A stretch of 64,000 nucleotides of DNA from Histomonas meleagridis 2922-C6/04-290x. Lineage: Eukaryota > Protista > Parabasalia. The notes under the pieces were generated by a model. That model did not search any database. It was not told the DNA's origin and saw only the letters and a list, made by a program, of their open reading frames with translations. Below are positions 29,824 through 40,023 of the stretch, one piece after another. Numbering within the stretch: the first letter of the stretch is position 1; every line of letters starts with the position of its first letter. A program made the translations under genes and the position numbers. Location of the stretch: NCBI GenBank assembly GCA_020184695.1, contig JAANOX010000218.1, forward strand, positions 62,001-126,000, read 5' to 3'.

Positions 29824-32490
29824 ATGCAATTGATTGATTTTCCTGTTTTTCTTTCATACAGATATCGCGCTTGTGTTCACGTTTCCTTTTCACAGAGTGC
29901 TCTTTCGATGTACCCAGATTCACCACAAGTATTAACAAATACATGGTATCAATTAGAATCAAAAAATACATGTCCATTTAAATACAGATTAGAATTTGAC
30001 GAGCCAGATCTTACTCCAGAATATGTATTTCAACAAATTGAGAATGAAGCAGCACAATTTGGTGAACCTTCAAAGTCAGCTTCACGGCAAGAATTGCCAT
30101 GGTTTCGATACTGGGCTGAGCTCCCATTTCGGGAAGACAAATATTCACCATTTTCATTTGCCGATATACCTGTTTGTTATATTTATGTTTCTACTATACC
30201 AGAACAATATCAACCACATTGTCCAGAATGGATGCTTCCTCATATAAAAGATGTACCCATTTTTAATCTTGTCATATCACCAGATCTTCAAAGTGCATCT
30301 CGATGTTTTATTGTACGAGAATCAAGCGAAACAGCATTTTTTGATTTTGTCCTTAAGATCACGCATTATGAAGCCGCCCCACGTCTTACATCATTACGAG
30401 AAATTACAGAACATTATGTCAATACAAATTTCCAAGGAATTCGTAATTCAGTTCTTCGTTTTATTGGGTGGAATGGATCCAAACGATCTGATGTATTTAT
30501 TCAACTTAAAAAGCTTGGTGATTTATGTGTTTCTACAGGACTCTATGAAAATGCCATTAAATATTACAACATGTTATATCGAGAACTTACACCAGAACAT
30601 GAACTTAATGCGTCCACAACGTTTATGCTTGGGGTTGCTTCTACCATATTTCCAAATGCAGATATAGATGTAACTGAATTACTGAAACCAATCATTAATG
30701 ATAAGACAGTTGACCTTTTGCTACGTACAGAATGTGGCTTTTTAGCCTCATATAACTCAACAATATGTAATCAAATGAATCGAGCAACATCACTTTACAT
30801 GCGCACATTTCAATGCATCAAACAAGGGAAATTCCCATTCTCATTTATCGTATATCCAATGATATCAGAAGCACTTTCTACAATTAACTCACCACATAAA
30901 GCAGCTTTGTTTTTATTCAGAGCAGCTGACTCATATAAGAAATATAAACTTGTCAAAAACTCTTTGATATGTTTATGGAAAAGTTATAACCTTTTGCATT
31001 TGACGGGGTGGCCTAAACTTGAGCATGCATTACTACTAAAAATATCAATGATAGGAACTGTTCCACCACAGTTATCTTATCATATTGCGCAAAGAAATAT
31101 TTCTTATGTGGTGGAAACAGTTGAACAACTCAAAAAAATTAAAGTTGAAAATACAGTATTTATTAATTCTGTCATTGTACATGATATTAATAAGCAACCA
31201 ACTGGTTTTCCTGAATCTCCTCCACCTGGAATAATGTCGACAAAATATTGGTCTTCGATTAGAAAAAAACTTTTCCCTGTTGTTTACCATCCTTCTACTG
31301 AAGAGTTTGCGACTTCAATGTGGACTGAAGAAACTGCTACAACGAATTACAAAATTGCGATTGATGAAATTAATTCAATCAAATTTAAATTATCACCTGC
31401 TAATTTATTAGGCTGTCAAATGCAAAATGTTAAACTCTTTATCGAGCCTGAAGATAAGGTTTTGCCTGATGTTATTGATGTTGTTAATTTAAGGTCTACA
31501 ATTCAATTAGAAGCAAAATTTAAAGCTGTTAAACAAGGTAGTTTTTATATTAAAGGAATCAAGTTCATGTGGTTTGGTGTTGCTCCTGGCGCTGTTTTAT
31601 TTTCTCCAATTAAATATGAAGCAGTTGGTAATAAAGTTGATTCAAAAGTTGAAATAATCAACAAGCCAGAAATTTCTTATGTTGGAATTCCTTTAAGGTT
31701 TTCTGTGAAATTATCATTAGAAGGATATTCACAACACAACGCTTCCCACATTTCCATAGAGTGTCAAACCGCTAATGTCACATTAATTTCACCCAAATTG
31801 AAAGGATTCTTACAGAGATATACCATTGAAAATTTGAATGATTTACATGAATTTGAAGCGGTTCCAACGGCCGCAGGTCAGTTGACCGTTAATGTGTTTT
31901 TAACGTTCACTGATGAAACTAAAAACCAAAGATTTGCATTCGATTATTTCTCAATTGATTGCAAGGAAATACAGAAGCCTAAGATAACTTCGGATTGTAG
32001 TTCATTACATGTTATGACCAATTCTGATATTTCAGATATTTCGTCGGAATGTGCAAAATTACATTTGGAAGATAATCAAATAATATTTGATGACATAAAT
32101 CCAAATTACCAAAAGAAGCAATGCTTTGTTAGTATTAGTCGAAATCTAACAGGGACAATTGTAACAAATGAAATTGAGATTCAAGAATTATTTGTGAAGT
32201 TTGACAATTTATATTTCGAAAACTTGAAATCCCCTTCCGTTGTTTCAATTCCAATGCATTTGATTTGCTTGGGTAAGAATGAAGGAGAATTGATTCTTAA
32301 AGATCCGATTTCATCCGAATTTATTTGGATTTGGAAAACAAAATATAAACTCGAAGGACCAAAGATTTATGACATATGCCCTAAACTTCTCTTGAGTAAA
32401 CCTTTTAAGGGCAAAATTTCGGACCTTATAAAGGTGCAATACGGAAAAACAAAAGCGAATTTCTCTAATTTGAATTTAGTGTTGGAATAA
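29824..32490 (+). CDS. TRAPPC8/Trs85-like TRAPP III subunit
   Basis: PWFRYW..PVCYIYVS, LKKLGDL..YENAIKYY and HKAALFLFRAADSY..GW match TRAPPC8 blocks; C-terminal Ig-like strands. Confidence 0.65.
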   Translation: MQLIDFPVFLSYRYRACVHVSFSQSALSMYPDSPQVLTNTWYQLESKNTCPFKYRLEFDEPDLTPEYVFQQIENEAAQFGEPSKSASRQELPWFRYWAELPFREDKYSPFSFADIPVCYIYVSTIPEQYQPHCPEWMLPHIKDVPIFNLVISPDLQSASRCFIVRESSETAFFDFVLKITHYEAAPRLTSLREITEHYVNTNFQGIRNSVLRFIGWNGSKRSDVFIQLKKLGDLCVSTGLYENAIKYYNMLYRELTPEHELNASTTFMLGVASTIFPNADIDVTELLKPIINDKTVDLLLRTECGFLASYNSTICNQMNRATSLYMRTFQCIKQGKFPFSFIVYPMISEALSTINSPHKAALFLFRAADSYKKYKLVKNSLICLWKSYNLLHLTGWPKLEHALLLKISMIGTVPPQLSYHIAQRNISYVVETVEQLKKIKVENTVFINSVIVHDINKQPTGFPESPPPGIMSTKYWSSIRKKLFPVVYHPSTEEFATSMWTEETATTNYKIAIDEINSIKFKLSPANLLGCQMQNVKLFIEPEDKVLPDVIDVVNLRSTIQLEAKFKAVKQGSFYIKGIKFMWFGVAPGAVLFSPIKYEAVGNKVDSKVEIINKPEISYVGIPLRFSVKLSLEGYSQHNASHISIECQTANVTLISPKLKGFLQRYTIENLNDLHEFEAVPTAAGQLTVNVFLTFTDETKNQRFAFDYFSIDCKEIQKPKITSDCSSLHVMTNSDISDISSECAKLHLEDNQIIFDDINPNYQKKQCFVSISRNLTGTIVTNEIEIQELFVKFDNLYFENLKSPSVVSIPMHLICLGKNEGELILKDPISSEFIWIWKTKYKLEGPKIYDICPKLLLSKPFKGKISDLIKVQYGKTKANFSNLNLVLE

Positions 32491-32890
32491 ACGATTGAAA
32501 CTATCATACAACTTTTCTTTGTTTAATTTGATTACGTTTTAATTTAAAATTTTCTTTTACCATTAAAATATGAATAATAGAATTTCTCTATATAATGTAT
32601 ATTCATTATTTATATAATTTATAAATTTGGTTCATATAAATTTAACTCATTATAATTTGAAAGAAAAATATATTTGTTTGTTCATTATTTCAATAACAAA
32701 TGTTGATAATATTCAAAGAAAAATCTTTGTAACTATTATCAAAGTCTTTCATTTGCTGTACAGCAAATTACTAGTAATCAAGATAATTAACAGTTTATAT
32801 ATTTAATTCATAATACTAAATTTTTTTGTTAGAACCCAATAAAATAAAAGATAAAAAAGCAATCGAAACTTTTTAAAGTTTTGGCAGAAA

Positions 32891-33571
32891 ATGGATATAG
32901 ATGAAACAAAAAGCCTGGATGAAAATGAAGCAATTCCTTTTTTTGAGCATTTAGATTTGATCATTATTCTTACATCAATAATTTTTTCTTTTGGTTGTAT
33001 TTTGCCAATTCTTACTACTTTGATTTTCGAGAGAACATTTGAGTTTGCAATTGCAACCGTATCAGAATATTCACGTGAATTGCCTGGTTCGAGAATTTTT
33101 AATATTGGAATGACAAGTGTTGGCACTATATTTTTAATTTTAGCTACATTCATGTGTGACATTCCACAGTTGTATGATGCTGAACTTCCTGCTTCAACAA
33201 AGTTTTTTCCATTATTTATAGCATTACATTTTATTCTTATTTCTTCCTTTGGATTAGATGAAGATCCATATTTTCATTTAGTATCTGCAACATTAGGCTT
33301 TGTTTCTCTTGTAATATTTTCGATTTTAACATTCTTTGTTTATAATCATTTAGGTATCGTACGTGTAAAGAAGTTTAAAATGGGTTTCATTATTTCAGGA
33401 TTATTCTTTTTTTCTATTCTTTGTTATACATGGACACAAAGTAATATTGATCCAATTGGATCCATGAAATCAGTTGCAGAATTTGGTTTTATTTTTTCTT
33501 TTGGCTGCTACTTTTTTACATGTTATTTCGAGATCAGAGAATACCAACTGGTTCTTTCAATTAAAACATAG
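32891..33571 (+). CDS. Frag1/DRAM/Sfk1 (PGAP2-like) multipass membrane protein
   Basis: About six TM segments; TVSEY..PGSRIF, HLVSA and AEF motifs. Confidence 0.7.
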   Translation: MDIDETKSLDENEAIPFFEHLDLIIILTSIIFSFGCILPILTTLIFERTFEFAIATVSEYSRELPGSRIFNIGMTSVGTIFLILATFMCDIPQLYDAELPASTKFFPLFIALHFILISSFGLDEDPYFHLVSATLGFVSLVIFSILTFFVYNHLGIVRVKKFKMGFIISGLFFFSILCYTWTQSNIDPIGSMKSVAEFGFIFSFGCYFFTCYFEIREYQLVLSIKT

Positions 33572-33782
33572 CAATTGCTTGAAAGCATTTATTATAAAAT
33601 AAAAATTATGAGGTTGAAATCAATTTTTTTCATCAAATTTTTTAGGTATCTTCAATAAATATTTTAAAAACATCTATAAATCGTTTAATGAAATTGAAAA
33701 AAAATGTGATTTAATAGAATTATTTAAAATACATTTTAATAGTTAAGGCAAATATTAATTTTTTAATGACAATAAAATTTCT

Positions 33783-35762
33783 TTAGATTCCAAGATGATT
33801 ATCGATTTCATCCACGGAAATATCAGAGCAAATAACAGAAGACTTATCTTCTTGGATTTTCTTAGATCTGTTCTTCATATATCTTCTTAGTTTAGTCATC
33901 TTTATAGGCCCTGCTCTTGGATCTAAAGCATTTTGTATTTCATTTCTTTCAAGTCTTCCAAGTCTAATTCTCTGTACTGATTCATCCCAACCGATTGGCT
34001 TAAATGCCTTTTCTTGTCTTTCTTTTCTTCTTCTGTACTCTTCATAAGAATTCGTTTTAGGCTTAAAGTCAACTTCTTTCTTTTCTTCAATTTCATTCTT
34101 CTTCTTTCTTTGTTTAATTTCACTTGGAAGATGAGAATAAAATTCAGGAATCATTCCTAAGTTATCCGGCGTTTGCATTTCTTTGTTTTCATTTTCAATA
34201 ATTTCTTCTTCAAGTTTTTTGATTGATTGCATTTTCATCTCTTGAAGATATCGACCACGTTCATCGAGTGACATTGCTTGTAATTCTTTAGTACGTTGTG
34301 ACTTCATTAATATCTTCTCCGATTTCTTTGAAAGCGCAACAATTTTCACATTTGTTTCTGGATCAGGTTCTGCAACTATTGTTGGGCGTGCAGATAAAAG
34401 TCGTTCGAATGTTTCCTTTTGCATTGTTGGCGCACATTTAACTTCCTCAACAACTGGTTCTTGTTGTTCAACAATTATTTTCTCGTTTGCACGTGCAATT
34501 ATAAGCTTTCGCTTGATAAGCCTATTAAAACGTCTTTGTTTTCGTAATGTTATTGAATCGATAAGTTTATCTTTAAGAGCTTTAGCACTATACACATCAT
34601 TACTAATGTGACAACGCTCTAAACCTTTGTTAATTATTTCCATCTCTGAATCAGTGGTAGCATTATCAATGATTGATAATTGTTGGCAAATTTCTATTAG
34701 ATCTGATTTGCTGCACTCATTTTTATCGCCAATAACTTCGGAAATACGTTCTATTTCATGATGCATTGCAATATGAAGTGAATGTGAACTAATAATTGAT
34801 TGAACTGGTTCAGACTTTGGTAGATTATCATCTTCGTTTTCATTGTTCTTCTTTTTGCATGTGGATTGCTCAAATAATCGTTTGAATACTTTAGAATTGC
34901 GGTTAATAGATGGGGTTTGTGGAGGAGGTGGAATGTTTTCTTTTTGGTTACGTCTGCATGTTTGTGGTGCAAGGCGTTCATTAAGCTCGCGAAGTTGTCT
35001 TCGGCTAATAGTGGATGGAGCACGTGTTATTCTTGTTGACTCAATTTCATCTCGTTCACGCTTATCAAGTTCTTCTCTAAGCTTTTGCGCTTTGAGCTTT
35101 CGGTGCTCTTGAACTTTTTGGGAGCGGTTGATGAATGTTTGGAATTCAGTTGATGAGATTCTTCGAGATGGGGTCTCGGGAACAAAGAAATCCTCTTCTT
35201 CCTTTGGCTTCTTAATGCCTGATTGGAACAACTCATCAAGCCTACGCTTTGACATCTTGACATTTGGTGTTTCAAACGAATACACAGGAGCTTTTCTATG
35301 TGATTGAATCGGTATCATAGATTTACGAGAGACAGGTGTTTGTTGTGGAATAGGGACAGCACTGTTCTTTGTTGGAGAAAGATTAAGGTTTGATGTTTGA
35401 TTCAAATTTTGATCTTCTTCATTGAATTCAGGCTTGCTTTCTTCTAACGTTTCGAGCTTTGCCTCAGGTTCTCCTGAAACACTATTGATTGCATTTGAAA
35501 TAATCTCATTCACGATTGATTGAATATATTCTGACAAATCTTCTTTTTCATCATTATTTTCTTCAACAATAGCACAAGCTTCATTACTGGATGTGCTTCG
35601 TTCAATTGCTTCTGAAATTATTTTGTCAACATATGATTTGATGAATTCTGAAAGATCATCATCTTGTAGTGAAACAGCAGAATTTATTTCCTCTTCATGT
35701 GTGCTTGTTCTGGATATTGGTTGAGGTTGGTTTTGCTGTTGTATTGATCCTGAATACTCCAT
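33783..35762 (-). CDS. Hypothetical charged/coiled-coil protein (659 aa)
   Basis: Long ATG-initiated ORF with coding-like composition; no family recognised. Confidence 0.75.
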   Translation of the reverse strand: MEYSGSIQQQNQPQPISRTSTHEEEINSAVSLQDDDLSEFIKSYVDKIISEAIERSTSSNEACAIVEENNDEKEDLSEYIQSIVNEIISNAINSVSGEPEAKLETLEESKPEFNEEDQNLNQTSNLNLSPTKNSAVPIPQQTPVSRKSMIPIQSHRKAPVYSFETPNVKMSKRRLDELFQSGIKKPKEEEDFFVPETPSRRISSTEFQTFINRSQKVQEHRKLKAQKLREELDKRERDEIESTRITRAPSTISRRQLRELNERLAPQTCRRNQKENIPPPPQTPSINRNSKVFKRLFEQSTCKKKNNENEDDNLPKSEPVQSIISSHSLHIAMHHEIERISEVIGDKNECSKSDLIEICQQLSIIDNATTDSEMEIINKGLERCHISNDVYSAKALKDKLIDSITLRKQRRFNRLIKRKLIIARANEKIIVEQQEPVVEEVKCAPTMQKETFERLLSARPTIVAEPDPETNVKIVALSKKSEKILMKSQRTKELQAMSLDERGRYLQEMKMQSIKKLEEEIIENENKEMQTPDNLGMIPEFYSHLPSEIKQRKKKNEIEEKKEVDFKPKTNSYEEYRRRKERQEKAFKPIGWDESVQRIRLGRLERNEIQNALDPRAGPIKMTKLRRYMKNRSKKIQEDKSSVICSDISVDEIDNHLGI

Positions 35763-36085
35763 GAATAAAAATATGGTGCGTTTAGAATTATGTACGTTTA
35801 ATTTTTACACAAACGGTTGACTTTAATATACATGACCGTTTTGTTGGGGCACCTCGCATTGCTATACAAATTAACTGTTTCAATGATTATGGAGCACTTT
35901 TTGTAACATATTAAAAAAGTAATAAATTAGCTGCACTTTTCAATCGGTTTTGAAATAATCACGTTCAAAAAGTGAAACCGATACTATCGATTTTTTTTCC
36001 GCCGGTTTATTGAGCGGATTATGCAAAAGAATAAACGTTTAAATAAATCATAGAACTTTTTAACCGCTTAAAAAAAAAGGAGGGA

Positions 36086-37471
36086 ATGGAAAATAGCCAA
36101 ACTTTCTTTCAATGGAAAGAAAATAATCGTGACTTACTTCCTTTTTTGTGTATCCAATTCCCAGGAATTGAAAACATGACATCACAGCAAACAAAATTAT
36201 ATCATATCAAAAAAAAACAAATTCAACAAAATAGCATAACCAAACTCAAAGCCTTTTTGAAAGACATAACACCTAAAATAAATGTAGTCACAAAGGATAT
36301 ACAATCGAACAATCAAAATTATCAAAATACAAAAGCAAATTTTTTTTTTGAATCGCAACACAATAACCTCGACTTGCGAAAGAAGGTGTTTCTAGAAAAA
36401 ACCTATTATAAGAAGAAACTTAAGCAAAAAATCTATGAATTAAATATACTTAAACTTAAGTTGTCCCAATCAGAAAGAATATTGAAACTTTATCGCAGTG
36501 ACATTATCCCAGACAACAATGTTATTTCAATCAACCAAGAATTTTTCCAAATTGATTCAAAATCTAAGCTTCTTGATCGAATCAAACGTATAGCATATGC
36601 ACATGATAGTCTTTTTTTGAAATTAAAGGAAGCTCCAAAACCACTTTGGGTCACTAGTTTTAATCGATTTGTTTCTCTCTTAATCACTAAAGGTCGCAAA
36701 GTCATTAACGAAGATACTTCATACTTCCCGCCACTTCAAGAAGAAGTATCATTTTCGCGTTATCTTTTTTTAACACCATCAAAAGAAGGGAAAGATATTG
36801 ATAAGTTTATTTCTCATTCAAAATCTCTATCGTTTGATCAGTTCTCACAAAAAGTTTTTTCGTTTTGTTCTGCTTTAGTTATGAAACTTGTCAAGAATCA
36901 AGAAGAAATAGATCAATCTATACTTCTCTTAATATTTTACCGCTCATTGATGGATCGTGTATATGAATTAAATCCAAATTTATTTGGTGTTACAAATTCA
37001 TCAGAACTTTTTATAACATATTCCAAACTTCCATTATCATTTTATACTATCCCAGCCGAAATGTTACTTGAATCTGATCCAAACATGGGTATTCGCGAAG
37101 TATTTTTATCTGATGTAAATTTTCGCAATGCGTCAAATTTGATGAATGAATGTCTTTTTTATACATGTCCGATCGAAGTATTAATGGTATTAAACCAAGT
37201 GATTGAAGTAATCCATAATGTTGCGATAAAAAATATGTTAAAAAGAGAACCTACGAAAGAAGAACTTAAACAATTACTAAGTTTCGACGATTTGTTTTCT
37301 TTGTTGTTGGGAATTACTTTGGCTTCGGATATCCCAAACATTTTTGAGTTCGAAGGAAATTTAAAAATGTTTCTGCCAAAGGGATCTTTGACGCCTTTAA
37401 TGGAATATGCTGTGGCGAATTTGGAAGCGATTGTTCTGTTCTTTAAGAATCATGAAAATGAAATTCAATAA
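36086..37471 (+). CDS. Protein with C-terminal VPS9-like domain
   Basis: CPIEVL..I..I....SFDDLFSLL....SDIP....EYAVANLEA follows the VPS9 helical pattern; N-terminal coiled coil. Confidence 0.55.
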   Translation: MENSQTFFQWKENNRDLLPFLCIQFPGIENMTSQQTKLYHIKKKQIQQNSITKLKAFLKDITPKINVVTKDIQSNNQNYQNTKANFFFESQHNNLDLRKKVFLEKTYYKKKLKQKIYELNILKLKLSQSERILKLYRSDIIPDNNVISINQEFFQIDSKSKLLDRIKRIAYAHDSLFLKLKEAPKPLWVTSFNRFVSLLITKGRKVINEDTSYFPPLQEEVSFSRYLFLTPSKEGKDIDKFISHSKSLSFDQFSQKVFSFCSALVMKLVKNQEEIDQSILLLIFYRSLMDRVYELNPNLFGVTNSSELFITYSKLPLSFYTIPAEMLLESDPNMGIREVFLSDVNFRNASNLMNECLFYTCPIEVLMVLNQVIEVIHNVAIKNMLKREPTKEELKQLLSFDDLFSLLLGITLASDIPNIFEFEGNLKMFLPKGSLTPLMEYAVANLEAIVLFFKNHENEIQ

Positions 37472-37559
37472 ATGTTATGTGTAAGATATTTACTTAAACT
37501 TGTTTTCTTGATAAAATGCGATCCAAAAGTTCGTTTTCATAAGAGATTCATATGATTTC

Positions 37560-37900
37560 CAAATTTTATAAAAAAGATCAAATCATCCGGATCAATTCTT
37601 TCATATTCTAATCATTATTTAACGAGTTCAATAGTTCCTGATTCTGAAAAATAAACTAAAATATCTTCAGGAGATCATTTTCTTTCAGGAAATATTCGAT
37701 AACAAATATGTTTCTTGAAGTTTTTATATTTCATTATTTCGTATTATTTTTAGAATTTCATTCGGATTATATCCTACTACAATTTTTGTGTTTTCACTCA
37801 TTTAGAGATTTCCAATTCGATTAATTTTCCCTCTGTTTCTTCGTTTGTGAAATACCAAGCCAAAAATTTTGTATACAAGATAAAAATGCCATCCCCAGAA
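37560..37900 (-). pseudogene. Decayed fragment of the same DUF3447-ankyrin family
   Basis: GYNPNEILKIIRNNEI*KLQE (37712-37774) matches GHNPNEIAKIIRNDEIEKLQK of locus B; outer limits are approximate. Confidence 0.65.
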
Positions 37901-38021
37901 ATTCAAAAACCGATCACCATGTGTGACAATTTTAATAAACCATACAAAAACAATTAATTGTGTGATGATAAAAGACCGTTTAAATCTACATTTAGTTTTA
38001 GCTTTATTAATATTACATTAT

Positions 38022-38780
38022 TTATGGCTCTGTATCATAATCGCTACCATCTGTGTCAAAAAGTTTTGATGACAAAAGAATTGATAGTTTTCCTTTTAGA
38101 GGTTTTTCAACATATGGATCCGTAGATCTTGTCCTAATTGTTGTTGTTCTTTCTTTAGGCTTTTGAGCAAGCGGTAATTCAGGAGAATAATCATTGAAAT
38201 CTGAGCTATCACTTTCATCTGAATCATCTGAATCATAATCAAAATAATCAAAATCACTCTCGAAACTAGCATGAGCATTGAAGCGGCCTTCGCCGTTTTG
38301 GCGAGCTTTATCCAGTTTTGTGATTTTTGTTCTAATTTTTTTGGATTCCTTTTCTGATAATTTTTTGAAACTTTTATCATAACTTCGAGGTGGCCAAAAG
38401 TTAGGGAGAACATTTTTTGGCTTTACGAATTTGTATGTTCGTTTGATAGCTATTTCGCTTTGATCTAAATCTTTTAATCCTTCATTCTCAAGAATATTAA
38501 CGGACATGGCAGGATGGCCATGGACAGTGTCCTTTCCAAATAGGATTCGCCTTTCGATTACTTCAAGCTTAAAATGTTCATCAATGATATTGTTAACATT
38601 TGAATTTGGTGAAAATGATATTTCCACACCTGCCTGATCTGAGTTTTCTATTTCTTGTGGTGGAGTTTTAGGCTTTCTGTTACTTTTTGTTGTTTTTTGG
38701 GTTTGATTATTAGTAGTTTTATTCTGATATGTTTTTGTTTTTTTATATATTGATGAATTTGTTCTACTTCTTGTTAACAT
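38022..38780 (-). CDS. Hypothetical protein, basic N-terminus and acidic patch
   Basis: ORF from MLTRSR (ATG 38780); no family recognised. Confidence 0.65.
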   Translation of the reverse strand: MLTRSRTNSSIYKKTKTYQNKTTNNQTQKTTKSNRKPKTPPQEIENSDQAGVEISFSPNSNVNNIIDEHFKLEVIERRILFGKDTVHGHPAMSVNILENEGLKDLDQSEIAIKRTYKFVKPKNVLPNFWPPRSYDKSFKKLSEKESKKIRTKITKLDKARQNGEGRFNAHASFESDFDYFDYDSDDSDESDSSDFNDYSPELPLAQKPKERTTTIRTRSTDPYVEKPLKGKLSILLSSKLFDTDGSDYDTEP

Positions 38781-39379
38781 TCCTGTATAATTATTATTTT
38801 TTCCTTTCTTTCCTTTTCTCTCCAACTTAAAAAGTAAACGTTTTATGGCCAGTTGGAACACAAAAGTGCGCAAAATTTCAATGTTACCCTTCGCTTAAAA
38901 TTCAATGAAAAACTGAATGCATTCAATTTTATGATGGTGCTCAAAACGTTTTTGGAGAACTGCTTTTGGTTTTCAGCAACATATTAAAAAAAATCACAAA
39001 ATCTATTTTGTACATTTTGTTTGAAAGGACCTGAATATCTTATTTGTTGAAAGCCCATGCTTGTCTTCATAAAGAAATGTTGTTTTTGACTTTCATTAAT
39101 TTCTTCTGTATCATTTTTGTGCAACTTTTTTCCAACATGTTGTTAAAGAATTTTAATGAATTTATTGACTCATTTTAAAACATCATAAACCAAAAGTAAA
39201 TCATTCAATAATAAACTAATTGACGCAGTTGACTTTCGCAAATGTTTATTTTACCAATCATTCAAAAAACGAAAACATAAAATCCTGCTTGAAATAAGTA
39301 TACATAAGTTATTCTTTTGGTGATGATGATATTGTTACTAATCTAATTTGTTTTACGTATGATAATTTGTTTATAAAGT

Positions 39380-39910
39380 CAAAAAAAATGAGAAACAATA
39401 TATTTTTTGATAAATTCATGAAACTGGAAGGGAAAATATAATATAAAACTTATCATCAATGGTTGCACTAGAACGCATTAAAAGCGTCAAAGAAAATCAA
39501 TTTGTATTCTCCAATATTATATTTTTTTGAAATATAATATTATTCACCATTAATTTGAAGAATCCTGAAATGATATCTGATAAAGGTTTTGGTCTTCTGG
39601 TTAATTTTCTCGTTTTGGGAGAAAACATCCTAAATGTTTTAAGAAAAATTTGTTTTAGTTTAATATTACAGCCAATAACAGGTATTTACAATGTATTTGG
39701 GAATTTATTTCTAAATATGTCAGCTTGTTTACTTAGAACATAAAATAAATAAATTCCTTTAACACTATTGCACTTGCATCCATTCAAATTTATTATCCGA
39801 CTCGACTAAACGGGTTCCATTTTTCATCATCTCCATGTAAAACCATCCATATCTTTTCTCATAAACATATACTCATAAAAAGAACACCATCAAGATAAAA
39901 ATCATGGCAT
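39380..39910 (-). pseudogene. Possible heavily decayed coding relic
   Basis: One frame reads protein-like (VLHGDDEKWNPFSRVG..MDASAIVLKEFIYF..NKLTYLE) with scattered stops; no family recognised. Confidence 0.25.
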
Positions 39911-40023
39911 AAAATCAATACTTTCATATGAAAATTAGATAAAATGAATACACTCATATATCAATATACTATTATTAAAATTATAAATACACATTTACCC
40001 AAAATCTTTAAAATATATTTTAT

